Source: Candidatus Iainarchaeum sp. (GTDB taxonomy: Archaea; Iainarchaeota; Iainarchaeia; Iainarchaeales; JACQJH01). From it: 32,000 nt of DNA. Below are positions 8,591-16,611 of this stretch, piece after piece. Location of the stretch: assembly GCA_016205145.1 (NCBI GenBank), contig JACQJH010000001.1, positions 330,001 to 362,000 of the forward strand, in the 5' to 3' direction. The notes below the pieces were generated by a model that did not search any database, had not been told where the DNA came from, and saw only the letters and a list, made by a program, of their open reading frames with translations. The position numbers and the translations under genes are program-made. How positions within the stretch are numbered: the first letter of the stretch is position 1; each line of letters opens with the position of its first letter.

Positions 8591-8615
8591 TGTGCCCTTC
8601 TTCAGGGCACTTTTT
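8591..8615. terminator. Hairpin plus T-run between convergent genes
   Basis: GTGCCC-TTCTTCA-GGGCAC followed by TTTTTT and preceded by an A-rich run. It lies between the methyltransferase stop (8578) and the surface-protein stop (8631). Confidence 0.55.
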
Positions 8616-8630
8616 TCAAAATTTCAGCTT

Positions 8631-11600
8631 TTATTTACGGGTAGCTGAGCTTAGGGTAGTTTTTTTTTTACCCCCTCTGATGTAGAGGTATCCCGCGACC
8701 AGGACAATGACTATGACTGCGATGCCCGCAATCAGGCCGGTGTTGTCCTGCTTCGGTGCCGGCGCGCTTGGCTTTCCAGCAACTGGCGCCTGCTCAGCTG
8801 CGCATGTGCCTGCCTTGCAGACCTTGCCATCCTCACACCAGGTTCCATCAAGCGCAGTGCTGTATTCGCACTGGCCCGTATTCCTGTTGCAGCTGGCTGT
8901 CTGGCAGGTTATCGCAGCGCACCTGACTCCGGTGCACAGGTTCTCCTGCTCGACGACACTTGTTACCGCCGGGGCAGAATAGTCCTGCAAAACCGCCTTG
9001 TTCAGGCTTGACCTGACCTGGTAGCTGATTGTGACCGATTCGCCTGCAAGGACTTCCGGAACCGTAAACTTCAGCACCGGGTCATCCTTGACAACTTCAA
9101 ACGCATAATTTGCGTTGATTATCTTTGAAGCCGTCATTGCCACGCTTTTCGGCACGAACTCTATTATTTCAATGTTCTTCCAGTCCTTGTCGGTCGTGTT
9201 CGAGATTGTCGTCTCAATAGTGCTGGAATACGTTGTGGCCTTTCCGCCGCCGGAAGTTTTCTCAACCGTCAGGGACCTTGTCACTTCCATCTTGGAAGCG
9301 GTGTCCTCCGCCGTTGCGACCGCCTGCTCGTCGGTTATGCCCGCTTCTGACAACGTGCTTTGCACCGATTCGACTGTCGGCATTCCAGTTGTGGAACCGC
9401 TGACAACTGTTTCAGTGCTCTGCGGCGAAGTGGTTGTTGTGCCGCTTGACGTCGTGCCGCTGGAAGTGCTGCTCGAACTTGACGTCGAACTGCTGCTTCC
9501 GCCGGTCACGAACACGACATTCGTGGACGTCACGGCACTGTTAATGTCCGAATAGTCCTGGGCCTTCACATAATATGTACTCGTTCCAGTCGGAATTCCG
9601 CTGTATATGAACGTGTAAGACCTGTTCGCAGTTTCGACCCAGGTAGTGTTGTCCTCGCTGAGCCAGTACTTTTCGACTCCGCTGACAACATCCGTTCCAT
9701 TGAAGTCAATGGTTATGGATGCGGCATTCACCTGCGTTCCCGCAGCCGGCGAATTGATCTGGACCGTCGGGTTCGTCGAATCGTTGATGATTATCGACGT
9801 GACAGACTTGTTCCAGTCGCCGAGCCTGTTGATGTCGCCGGTCTGGCCGCCTGAGAACCTGTTATAGTCTGGAATGTGGCCAGCGATATTTGTGGCATTC
9901 ACTTCGACTATGACAAAGTACCTTGCCGCGGACAGGTTGGCTGCGTTGAAGTCAACAGTGCAGTTGGTGTCCTGCTTGTATGCTCCATAAGTGCAGCGCA
10001 GACCGCTGCCCCTGATTCTTGGTGTAATTGGTTTCGATCCTGCATTATAATCCGAGTTATAATCCCATCTGTAATTCTGGTCCCTGTTAAGGACGTTCGC
10101 GTCCCAGGAAACAATGTTTATGTCTCTTGTGGTTCCGGTTGACGACAGCCAGACAACAAAGTTGTAGTCTTGTATGCTGTTGTAGTCGCCTACAGTGATG
10201 CTTCCGGCCTTGTTCCAGTCAACATTGACTGGGAAATGCACGTTGAAGTCCACTGAAATGTTCCTGTCGTATGCAGGCGCACTCGCGTTGGCAGTAACGT
10301 TGGCGTCGTTGCCGAAGTTCCTTGCGCCGAACGTGAAATTCACGTCAACGATGTTTATGTCCGGCGGGTTAATCCTGACAAGCGGGCTTGAGAATATGAG
10401 CCAGTTGCCGTCGGATTGCCTTAAGTTGACGTCAATGTAGTACATGCCCGGGAGGACTTTTGCTATATTGAAGTCCACTGTGCATGTATTGACGGTTGCC
10501 GCATTGCTGTCCGAATCCGTGCAGTAAACCCTGCCATTTTGCGAGTCGGTTGTAGCGCCGCTCTGCGTGAGGCCGTACTGTCCACCGAGAACGGACAACG
10601 TGTTCGTGTCGTTGAACAGCAGCAGGTTGCCATCGCCCGGGTTCTTTGACAGGTATATTCCTGTGACTATGTTGACGTCCCATGAATTAAGGTCGCTGGC
10701 GTTGCTGTCAACGAAAGTGAACGTGAAACTCGCGTTCTCATCCGCATTCGCCGAAGTCATGCCCACTCTCCTGCTCCTGAACGCCTGGTTGGCGGTGATA
10801 GTCAGATTCGCGTCAATGTTGAAGATCGCGTAAGCCGAAAACGTGCTTACCCTGAACGAGAAGTTTCCGTCGCCCCTTGCGGGATTGTATGCCCAGGTCT
10901 GCACTCCGGTTTGGGTGTCGCTGTGCGATTCCGCCAGCGTGCTTCCATCCTGGTTTGTGCAGATGCCTGCCGGGCACTTCTTGTTGTTCCTTGCAATGAC
11001 AGGCATGTTCGGGTTTCCTGTAACCACATAGTACCAGAAGACGTTCGCGTCAATCTGGAATTCGGGGAAGGACTCCGAGTTGAAGTTGAAGTCCTTGCGG
11101 TTGTTTGAAATGCCGTTGCTTGTGTAGTTCCTGTTCGCCCCTTTTGAAAAGTTTATGTCAGAATTCATTTTGATGACAATCGCCCTTGCAGTGGATGTCG
11201 CGGGGTCGCCGAACTGGACAATTATTCCCTTGACCGCCTGCGTGTTGTCAATATATTTATGCTCTATTGCATCCTGCATTGGCATCCTTGTCTTTGTCGA
11301 GGCCCTGCTGTCGCCGCTATAACATGTGCGGGCACTTGACTGGTTCAGGTCCTTGTCGCAGATAAGGACAGTTATGTTCACGTCTGTTGGAAACTGCAGT
11401 TTCGGCGTGACGACAAGCATTGAGTTGGTGTCAGCCAATGTTGAAAGATATACTGTTCCAAGGTATTGGGCATTGATGTTCGTGTCCGTTACGCCGATTG
11501 AGCCGAGCGTGACAACGCTTGAACTCGGTATGATGATGTTTACGTCAAAGTTTCCGTTTGCATCCGGGAAGATTATTGACTTGTTGAAGTCGGCAAGCCT

Positions 11601-12494
11601 TGCGGTTGTCACGAATTTCTGGCTTTCGAAGTATCCCAACATATCGTTATAGTTTGCGTCCTTGTCTTTCAGGCCAAGCGATGCTGCCGCTGTCGGACCT
11701 GAGGGAATGTTCCTGTCAGCGAAAATCCAAGGCTGCATGTAGTTAACATCTATTATAGTGTTTATGTCCCACTGCGAGCCGTTATGGTCAACGTATCTCA
11801 AAAGTATTCCCTGGTTAGTGTCAACCGGGAAACCGTAGCCCTGCACGAGTATGTTTGAGTCAATCTGGCCAACGGGCGTTCCCGCATTAATCCTTAAGTA
11901 TGGCGCAACCAGGAAGTTTGCGTCAGCGTAAGAGCCTGCTATTCCATTCGTGTCCGGTATGCACGTTGCCGCGCTGTTTTCGGTTGTGACAAGCGCCTTC
12001 CAGACCTGCACCAGGATTTCCTCGTTTTTCCATGCTGCTCCCGGGATTGTCAGGTTAGCGTCAAATCTTCTTGTGCCGCTGTTTGCTATTGTTGTGGTGT
12101 CATTGACATCTATAACGTCCATGGACCTTGTCGTGAAGCCATAGCTTGAGCAGCTGCCCTCGGTTACGGTGACTTTGCGTACTATTCTGTCGATTTGATT
12201 GAGGTCTGCGGTGTTTCCGTCGTTTATGGTGAGGTTGAAGTCTGTTGTTGTACCGCCGCTGACCGAACTGTTGAAGTCAAGGTATACGTTCCGCATCGGA
12301 TAGTACAGCCTTACAAAGTAGTAATAGCTGTTTGAGTCCGCGTCAATGTTGGTAACTATGAGGTTGAAGTCCTCGCCCCTGCTTGCGAACATCGCGCCGT
12401 TGTTGTCCTGCGCGTAAGCGCTTGCAGTCGCATGCGCCGACGCAATCATAAAAAACAGAATAGCGAGTGCTATCAGATACTTTGAAACTTTCAT
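8631..12494 (-). CDS. Giant cell-surface protein (~1287 aa): signal peptide, Asp/Asn/Thr-rich beta-type repeats, Ser/Thr linker, Cys-rich stalk and C-terminal TM anchor
   Basis: ATG 12494 is preceded by GGAGGT with 7-nt spacing. The signal peptide is MKVSKYLIALAILFFMIASAHA. The Ser/Thr linker is at 9384-9503, a 9-Cys module at 8802-8936, and the TM GLIAGIAVIVIVLVAGYLYI at 8679-8738, followed by RGGKKK. Confidence 0.85.
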   Translation of the reverse strand: MKVSKYLIALAILFFMIASAHATASAYAQDNNGAMFASRGEDFNLIVTNIDADSNSYYYFVRLYYPMRNVYLDFNSSVSGGTTTDFNLTINDGNTADLNQIDRIVRKVTVTEGSCSSYGFTTRSMDVIDVNDTTTIANSGTRRFDANLTIPGAAWKNEEILVQVWKALVTTENSAATCIPDTNGIAGSYADANFLVAPYLRINAGTPVGQIDSNILVQGYGFPVDTNQGILLRYVDHNGSQWDINTIIDVNYMQPWIFADRNIPSGPTAAASLGLKDKDANYNDMLGYFESQKFVTTARLADFNKSIIFPDANGNFDVNIIIPSSSVVTLGSIGVTDTNINAQYLGTVYLSTLADTNSMLVVTPKLQFPTDVNITVLICDKDLNQSSARTCYSGDSRASTKTRMPMQDAIEHKYIDNTQAVKGIIVQFGDPATSTARAIVIKMNSDINFSKGANRNYTSNGISNNRKDFNFNSESFPEFQIDANVFWYYVVTGNPNMPVIARNNKKCPAGICTNQDGSTLAESHSDTQTGVQTWAYNPARGDGNFSFRVSTFSAYAIFNIDANLTITANQAFRSRRVGMTSANADENASFTFTFVDSNASDLNSWDVNIVTGIYLSKNPGDGNLLLFNDTNTLSVLGGQYGLTQSGATTDSQNGRVYCTDSDSNAATVNTCTVDFNIAKVLPGMYYIDVNLRQSDGNWLIFSSPLVRINPPDINIVDVNFTFGARNFGNDANVTANASAPAYDRNISVDFNVHFPVNVDWNKAGSITVGDYNSIQDYNFVVWLSSTGTTRDINIVSWDANVLNRDQNYRWDYNSDYNAGSKPITPRIRGSGLRCTYGAYKQDTNCTVDFNAANLSAARYFVIVEVNATNIAGHIPDYNRFSGGQTGDINRLGDWNKSVTSIIINDSTNPTVQINSPAAGTQVNAASITIDFNGTDVVSGVEKYWLSEDNTTWVETANRSYTFIYSGIPTGTSTYYVKAQDYSDINSAVTSTNVVFVTGGSSSSTSSSSSTSSGTTSSGTTTTSPQSTETVVSGSTTGMPTVESVQSTLSEAGITDEQAVATAEDTASKMEVTRSLTVEKTSGGGKATTYSSTIETTISNTTDKDWKNIEIIEFVPKSVAMTASKIINANYAFEVVKDDPVLKFTVPEVLAGESVTISYQVRSSLNKAVLQDYSAPAVTSVVEQENLCTGVRCAAITCQTASCNRNTGQCEYSTALDGTWCEDGKVCKAGTCAAEQAPVAGKPSAPAPKQDNTGLIAGIAVIVIVLVAGYLYIRGGKKKTTLSSATRK

Positions 12495-12501
12495 GTTTTT
12501 G

Positions 12502-12561
12502 ACCTCCACCACAATCCGGAAACGGAATTTTCGTTATTAATAAAGCAGTTTTATTTAAATA
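12502..12561 (-). promoter_or_regulatory. Putative promoter and Shine-Dalgarno site of the giant surface-protein gene
   Basis: On the minus strand, TATTTAAATA (12552-12561) and TTTATTAATAA (about 12531-12545) are TATA-box-like. GGAGGT (12502-12507) lies 7 nt before the ATG. Confidence 0.45.
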
Positions 12562-12706
12562 CTTTTCCGTCAGGTTCGGGGATTGTATTATGGCGTTTCG
12601 GGTTAAAACCACACTTTTTTGCCTTTTTTCGCCTTTTCGGGGTCTGGTTTGCGTTTTCAGGTTTGAACCAAAAAGGCGTTTTTTTTGCTTTTCGGCGGCA
12701 GTTGGT

Positions 12707-15373
12707 TTACGCTTTGCCCGCGAACAGCCTTGCAATGTACGGCACAAGCAGGCCCAAGGCGCTTAATGTTATGACGATTGCCCAGTCCGCAAGGCCTAAT
12801 GGCGTTGTCCTGAAGAATGCGCTGAGCGGAGTGTAAATCACTGCAAGTTGCAGTGCGAATGAAACCGCAACCGCAAGCAAAAGGCTTTTGTTTGAAAGCA
12901 GGGGCATTTCGGCGAAGGTTTTGTTTTCGCTCCTGCAATTGAACACGAAGAACAGTTCGAAGAGCACGAAGATTGTGAATGCGATTGTGCGCGCCTTTTC
13001 AATGCCCTGCGGCAGGTAGTATGCGAAGCCTGCAAGCACCGCAACCGCCATCAGTATTGCGGCAACAGCTATTGTGGGTTTCATTTTGTGCAGAATGTCT
13101 TCTTTCGGGCCGCGCGGCTTTTTTTTCATTTCGTCCTCATGAAGGGGCTCGTTGCCCAGGGCCAGCGCCGGAAATCCGTCCGTGACAAGGTTTATCCACA
13201 GCAAATGGATTGGCAGCACGGGAATCGGGAACGATTTCACGAAAAAGCCCGCGATTGTGGCAACGCCCACAACAAGCACTTCGCCGGCGTTTGCAGCGAG
13301 AAGGTAGCGCACGAAATTTTTGATGTTTGAATAAATTTTCCTTCCTTCCTCTATTGCCTTGACTATTGTCGAGAAGTTGTCGTCGAGCATGACCATGTCG
13401 CTCGCTTCCTTTGCGACATGCGTTCCGGTTATGCCCATTGAAATGCCTATGTCCGCCTTTTTGAGCGCGGGCGCGTCGTTGACTCCGTCGCCGGTCATTG
13501 CCACGACATGGCCGTTCGCCTTGAGCGCGTCGACTATCCTCAGCTTGTGCTCGGGCGATACCCTTGCAAAGACCGCTATCCTGCCGATTTTTTCCCTGAG
13601 CTCCCTGTCGGACATTTTTTCAAGCTCGTCGCCGCTCAAAGCGATTTTGCCTTCCGCCATTATGCCTAATTCCCTTGCAATCGCAACCGCTGTAAGCTTG
13701 TGGTCGCCCGTAACCATCTTGACGTCGATGCCCGCGCTCCTGCATTCCGCAATCGCTTCCCTTGCCTCCTGCCGCGGTATGTCAATCATTCCGGTTATGC
13801 CCAAAAGCGTCATGCCCTTTTCCGTTTCCTTGACTGAAACCTTTTCCTTCGCGTCAAGCCGCCTGTAGGCGAAGGCAAGCACTCTCATTCCATCGGCCGC
13901 AAACTCGTCGTTTTTTTCCTCAAGCTCGCGGAAAAGCTTTTTGTCAGGGCTTTCCTTTCCTCCGGAAAGAACCTTTTCCGAAACCGAGAGCACGGACTCG
14001 AAGCTGCCTTTCATGAACGCAATCCTTCCGCCTTTGTGCCTGAACACCGATGTCATGCGTTTCCTGTTCGAATCGAACGCAAGCTCGGTTTCAAAAGAGA
14101 ATTCCGTCAAAGCGTCTTTCTCCACGCCCGCCTTCCTGCCCATCAGCAGCAATGCTATTTCTGTCGGGTCGCCGATGTTCCCGTTACCGCGCCCGGCGCT
14201 TGCATTGTTGCACAGCACCGCGCCATTCAGCAGCAATCTGAGCCCTTCGCCGAACTCTTCTTTTCCGATTTCACCGCCGCCTGAAAGGAAGCTCTCGCCT
14301 TTGGGTTCGGCAAGCACTTCGATTGTTTCCCTGTCCGCGAAAACCGTTCTCACGTTCAGCTCGTTTTTCGTCAGCGTTCCGGTCTTGTCCGAGCAGATCA
14401 CTGTCGTCGAGCCGAGCGTTTCAACCGCGACGATTTTTCTGACAAGCGCGTTCCTTGCAGCCATTGCCTTCATGCCGAATGCAAGCGAAATTGTCACGAC
14501 CGCGGGCAGGCCTTCAGGCACGGCCGCAACCGCCAGCGCTATCGCAGTCAGAAACGATTCCGCGCCGAATGTTCCGATTGCAAAATCTATTGCAAGCAGC
14601 GCAACGATTATCGCAATCACTGACTTTCCAAGGAATTCCGCCAGGCCGTCCAGCTTTTTCGTGAGCGGCGTTTTTTCCGCTTCGATTTCCTGTATGAGCA
14701 GGGCGATTTTCCCGAACTCGGTTGCCTGGCCAGTCGCAACGACAATTGCGGAGCCCCTGCCGTACGTCGCAACAGTGTTCATGAAAAGCATGTTTTTCCT
14801 GTCCGCGACAGCCGCGCCTTGGGCAGCCTTTTCATCCGTTTTCTGCACGGGCGTTGACTCGCCTGTCAGCGATGATTCGTCCGTCTGCAGGTTCACTGAC
14901 ATTAGCACCCTGCAGTCAGCGGGAATCTTTTCGCCTTCCCTGACAATGACGATGTCGCCGGGCACAAGCAGTTTCGCGTCGATCTCCTGCTCTTTCCCGT
15001 CCCTTACAACCACTGCCTTCACTGCGGCAAGCTTCTGCAACGCTTCCATCGCCTTCTCCGCCTTGAATTCCTGCACGAATCCGAGGGCGGCGTTCAACAC
15101 AACGATTGCGAGAATGACGATTGCGTCGAACTGTTCGCCGATGAAAAAGGAAACGATTGCGGCAAAAATGAGCATGAGCACCAGGAAATTGGAGAACTGC
15201 CCGAACAGTATTTTGAGCGGATTGATTTTTTTCTTTGCAGGCAATTCGTTCAAGCCGGATTTCTGCAGGCGCTTCTCCGCTTCCCCCGCATCCAGGCCTG
15301 CGGATGAAACCGACAGCCGTTCCAGCGTTTCCTTCGCTGAAAGGGAATGCCATTCACTGTTCGTGTGCGCCAT
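12707..15373 (-). CDS. P-type cation-transporting ATPase, PIIA (SERCA/Ca2+-ATPase-like)
   Basis: Motifs seen: CSDKTGTLT phosphorylation motif, TGES, VAAVPEGLPAV in TM4, MVTGDH and MTGDGVNDAPALKKADIGISMG. The start is ATG 15373 or 15382. Confidence 0.9.
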   Translation of the reverse strand: MAHTNSEWHSLSAKETLERLSVSSAGLDAGEAEKRLQKSGLNELPAKKKINPLKILFGQFSNFLVLMLIFAAIVSFFIGEQFDAIVILAIVVLNAALGFVQEFKAEKAMEALQKLAAVKAVVVRDGKEQEIDAKLLVPGDIVIVREGEKIPADCRVLMSVNLQTDESSLTGESTPVQKTDEKAAQGAAVADRKNMLFMNTVATYGRGSAIVVATGQATEFGKIALLIQEIEAEKTPLTKKLDGLAEFLGKSVIAIIVALLAIDFAIGTFGAESFLTAIALAVAAVPEGLPAVVTISLAFGMKAMAARNALVRKIVAVETLGSTTVICSDKTGTLTKNELNVRTVFADRETIEVLAEPKGESFLSGGGEIGKEEFGEGLRLLLNGAVLCNNASAGRGNGNIGDPTEIALLLMGRKAGVEKDALTEFSFETELAFDSNRKRMTSVFRHKGGRIAFMKGSFESVLSVSEKVLSGGKESPDKKLFRELEEKNDEFAADGMRVLAFAYRRLDAKEKVSVKETEKGMTLLGITGMIDIPRQEAREAIAECRSAGIDVKMVTGDHKLTAVAIARELGIMAEGKIALSGDELEKMSDRELREKIGRIAVFARVSPEHKLRIVDALKANGHVVAMTGDGVNDAPALKKADIGISMGITGTHVAKEASDMVMLDDNFSTIVKAIEEGRKIYSNIKNFVRYLLAANAGEVLVVGVATIAGFFVKSFPIPVLPIHLLWINLVTDGFPALALGNEPLHEDEMKKKPRGPKEDILHKMKPTIAVAAILMAVAVLAGFAYYLPQGIEKARTIAFTIFVLFELFFVFNCRSENKTFAEMPLLSNKSLLLAVAVSFALQLAVIYTPLSAFFRTTPLGLADWAIVITLSALGLLVPYIARLFAGKA

Positions 15374-15593
15374 GCAGACCATTCACATTAACTGCGCCAA
15401 TATTTAAAACAATTAATGGCTGGCGTGCAACGGGTTTCCCGGCCGGATGCAGATTAACTTTTTCCGATAACAAGCGCACAAATTTTTTGGCCGCCAGGAA
15501 GCATTAAATACACGAAAAGCCGCATAAGTACTGGTGTGGTTGGTCTTAACCGACGGATCACCCCAGTTCTTGAATAGAAGGCAAGAAGGCAAA

Positions 15594-15645
15594 GGAGGAA
15601 AGTTAAGGACCCTGTTTTTCCTTTTAACTTTCCTCTTATTTTTTT
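15594..15645 (+). terminator. Strong orphan hairpin plus T7 run (terminator-like, plus strand)
   Basis: GAGGAAAGTTAA / TTAACTTTCCTC form 12 contiguous bp, plus 2 more bp after a 2-nt bulge, with an 11-nt loop. TTATTTTTTT follows. No plus-strand gene lies upstream. Confidence 0.4.
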
Positions 15646-15702
15646 CGCTTCCATTCCGGCATTCGGAAAGGATGTTTTAAATAGGCTTTTTGCGAATTAT
15701 GT

Positions 15703-16341
15703 GTGATGCTAAAATCGCCTTTGCCGCGCATTAGGCGTGCCGTGCAGGGCCGCCGGCGTGCGGTGGTAAAACGCGAATGGGATAGGCGCGCTAGTACTAT
15801 TGAGGCTGCCCTGCAGCAAAGGGAATTTTTGAAATCGTTGCTTGACGCTGAATGCTCGGGGCCGAACAGGCTGGACCTGATGTCCGGGACCGGGTTGGAT
15901 GCGGGCGCTGTTGCATTGGACCTTTCCGGCAAAATGCTTGGGGTGAACCCGGCAGCACGCAAGGTAATGGCAAACATTGACCCGCATCTTGGGCCGGCGG
16001 GCATTCCTTTTCCTGGCAATCAGTTTGACTCGGTTTCAATGGTTAATGGCGTGAGGTATCTGAACAGGCCGGCTGAAACCTTCAAAGAAATATTCAGGGT
16101 TCTGCGGAAAGGCGGAAAACTTGTCATAATAAACTATGCCGGGCCGGGAATAAGGGATGTGCCGCGGCCCAAAACCCTTTCAGTTTCGGGTTTGGAGAAA
16201 CTGCTTAATCGGTCGGGGTTCAAAACGCACACAAGAGAAGAAATGGCGCCGCCCCCCGATACGCTCTCTGTTATACGGGTGCTGACTGGCGCCGAACCGC
16301 GGTCCGTGCCGTATTTTGTTATTGTCGCGGAAAAACAATGA
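15703..16341 (+). CDS. SAM-dependent methyltransferase-like protein (Methyltransf_11-like)
   Basis: FPGNQFDSVSMVNGVRYLNRPAETFKEIFRVLRKGGKLVIINY is typical of the post-motif I/II region. Motif I is atypical (DLMSGTGLD). The start is GTG 15703 or ATG 15706, and TTTTAAATA at 15675-15683 lies ~23 nt upstream. Confidence 0.6.
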   Translation: MMLKSPLPRIRRAVQGRRRAVVKREWDRRASTIEAALQQREFLKSLLDAECSGPNRLDLMSGTGLDAGAVALDLSGKMLGVNPAARKVMANIDPHLGPAGIPFPGNQFDSVSMVNGVRYLNRPAETFKEIFRVLRKGGKLVIINYAGPGIRDVPRPKTLSVSGLEKLLNRSGFKTHTREEMAPPPDTLSVIRVLTGAEPRSVPYFVIVAEKQ

Positions 16342-16353
16342 CAAGCCTTGTTT

Positions 16354-16485
16354 TTATTCCCACTCTATTTCGTCGCCCTGGCGCGTGCCCTTCGCCTTTC
16401 CGGCGGGCAGTTCGATGAAGTATTTCGCGGCCTTTTTTCCGGGCATGGTTTGGCGTGAACGCCAAAGGGCTTCAGGAGCTGTCGC
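16354..16485 (-). pseudogene. Duplicated, frameshifted 3' fragment of the DUF192 gene
   Basis: 16354-16437 aligns with 17028-17111. The 51 nt at 16387-16437 are identical to 17061-17111, and the 33 nt that include the stop codon have 7 mismatches. Copy A has T6 where copy B has T5, which shifts the frame. Upstream, weaker similarity remains (LKPFG vs LQPFT). Confidence 0.75.
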
Positions 16486-16488
16486 AAT

Positions 16489-16611
16489 TCAGAGCTTCCC
16501 TATCGCGGTCAAAAGCTTTTCGTGGCCTTTTATGAGCCTGTTGAACTCTTCAAGTTCTTCGGAAACAATCCTGCTCTTAATGCTGTCTTTCAAATTTTCT
16601 GATTTTGCCAT
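16489..16611 (-). CDS. 40-aa helical small ORF overlapping the 3' end of the Doc gene (candidate cognate partner or antitoxin)
   Basis: Hand translation gives MAKSENLKDSIKSRIVSEELEEFNRLIKGHEKLLTAIGKL*. The ATG at 16611 lies 35 nt inside the Doc ORF in another frame. The ORF is too short for the ORF track, and no family was recognised. Confidence 0.35.
   Translation of the reverse strand: MAKSENLKDSIKSRIVSEELEEFNRLIKGHEKLLTAIGKL

Noticed and set aside
8631-12494. Diversity-generating retroelement target, considered because of the many AAY Asn codons in a surface protein
   Set aside because: The window has no reverse transcriptase and no template/variable repeat pair. The Asn enrichment spreads over ~3 kb rather than being confined to a ~100-150-bp variable region.
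13941-15407. 488-aa plus-strand ORF, the longest unexplained ORF in the track
   Set aside because: It is entirely antisense to the well-supported P-type ATPase. Its translation is Ser/Pro/Ala/Phe-rich low complexity with no motifs, which is a typical shadow ORF.
15454-15654. 66-aa minus-strand ORF considered as a possible type IV pilin (basic N-terminus plus hydrophobic stretch)
   Set aside because: The hydrophobic segment has only ~11 residues, and no K/R-G/A cleavage motif stands in front of it. The rest is Arg/Leu/Pro-rich. It is more likely non-coding, as discussed in the hairpin/sRNA finding.
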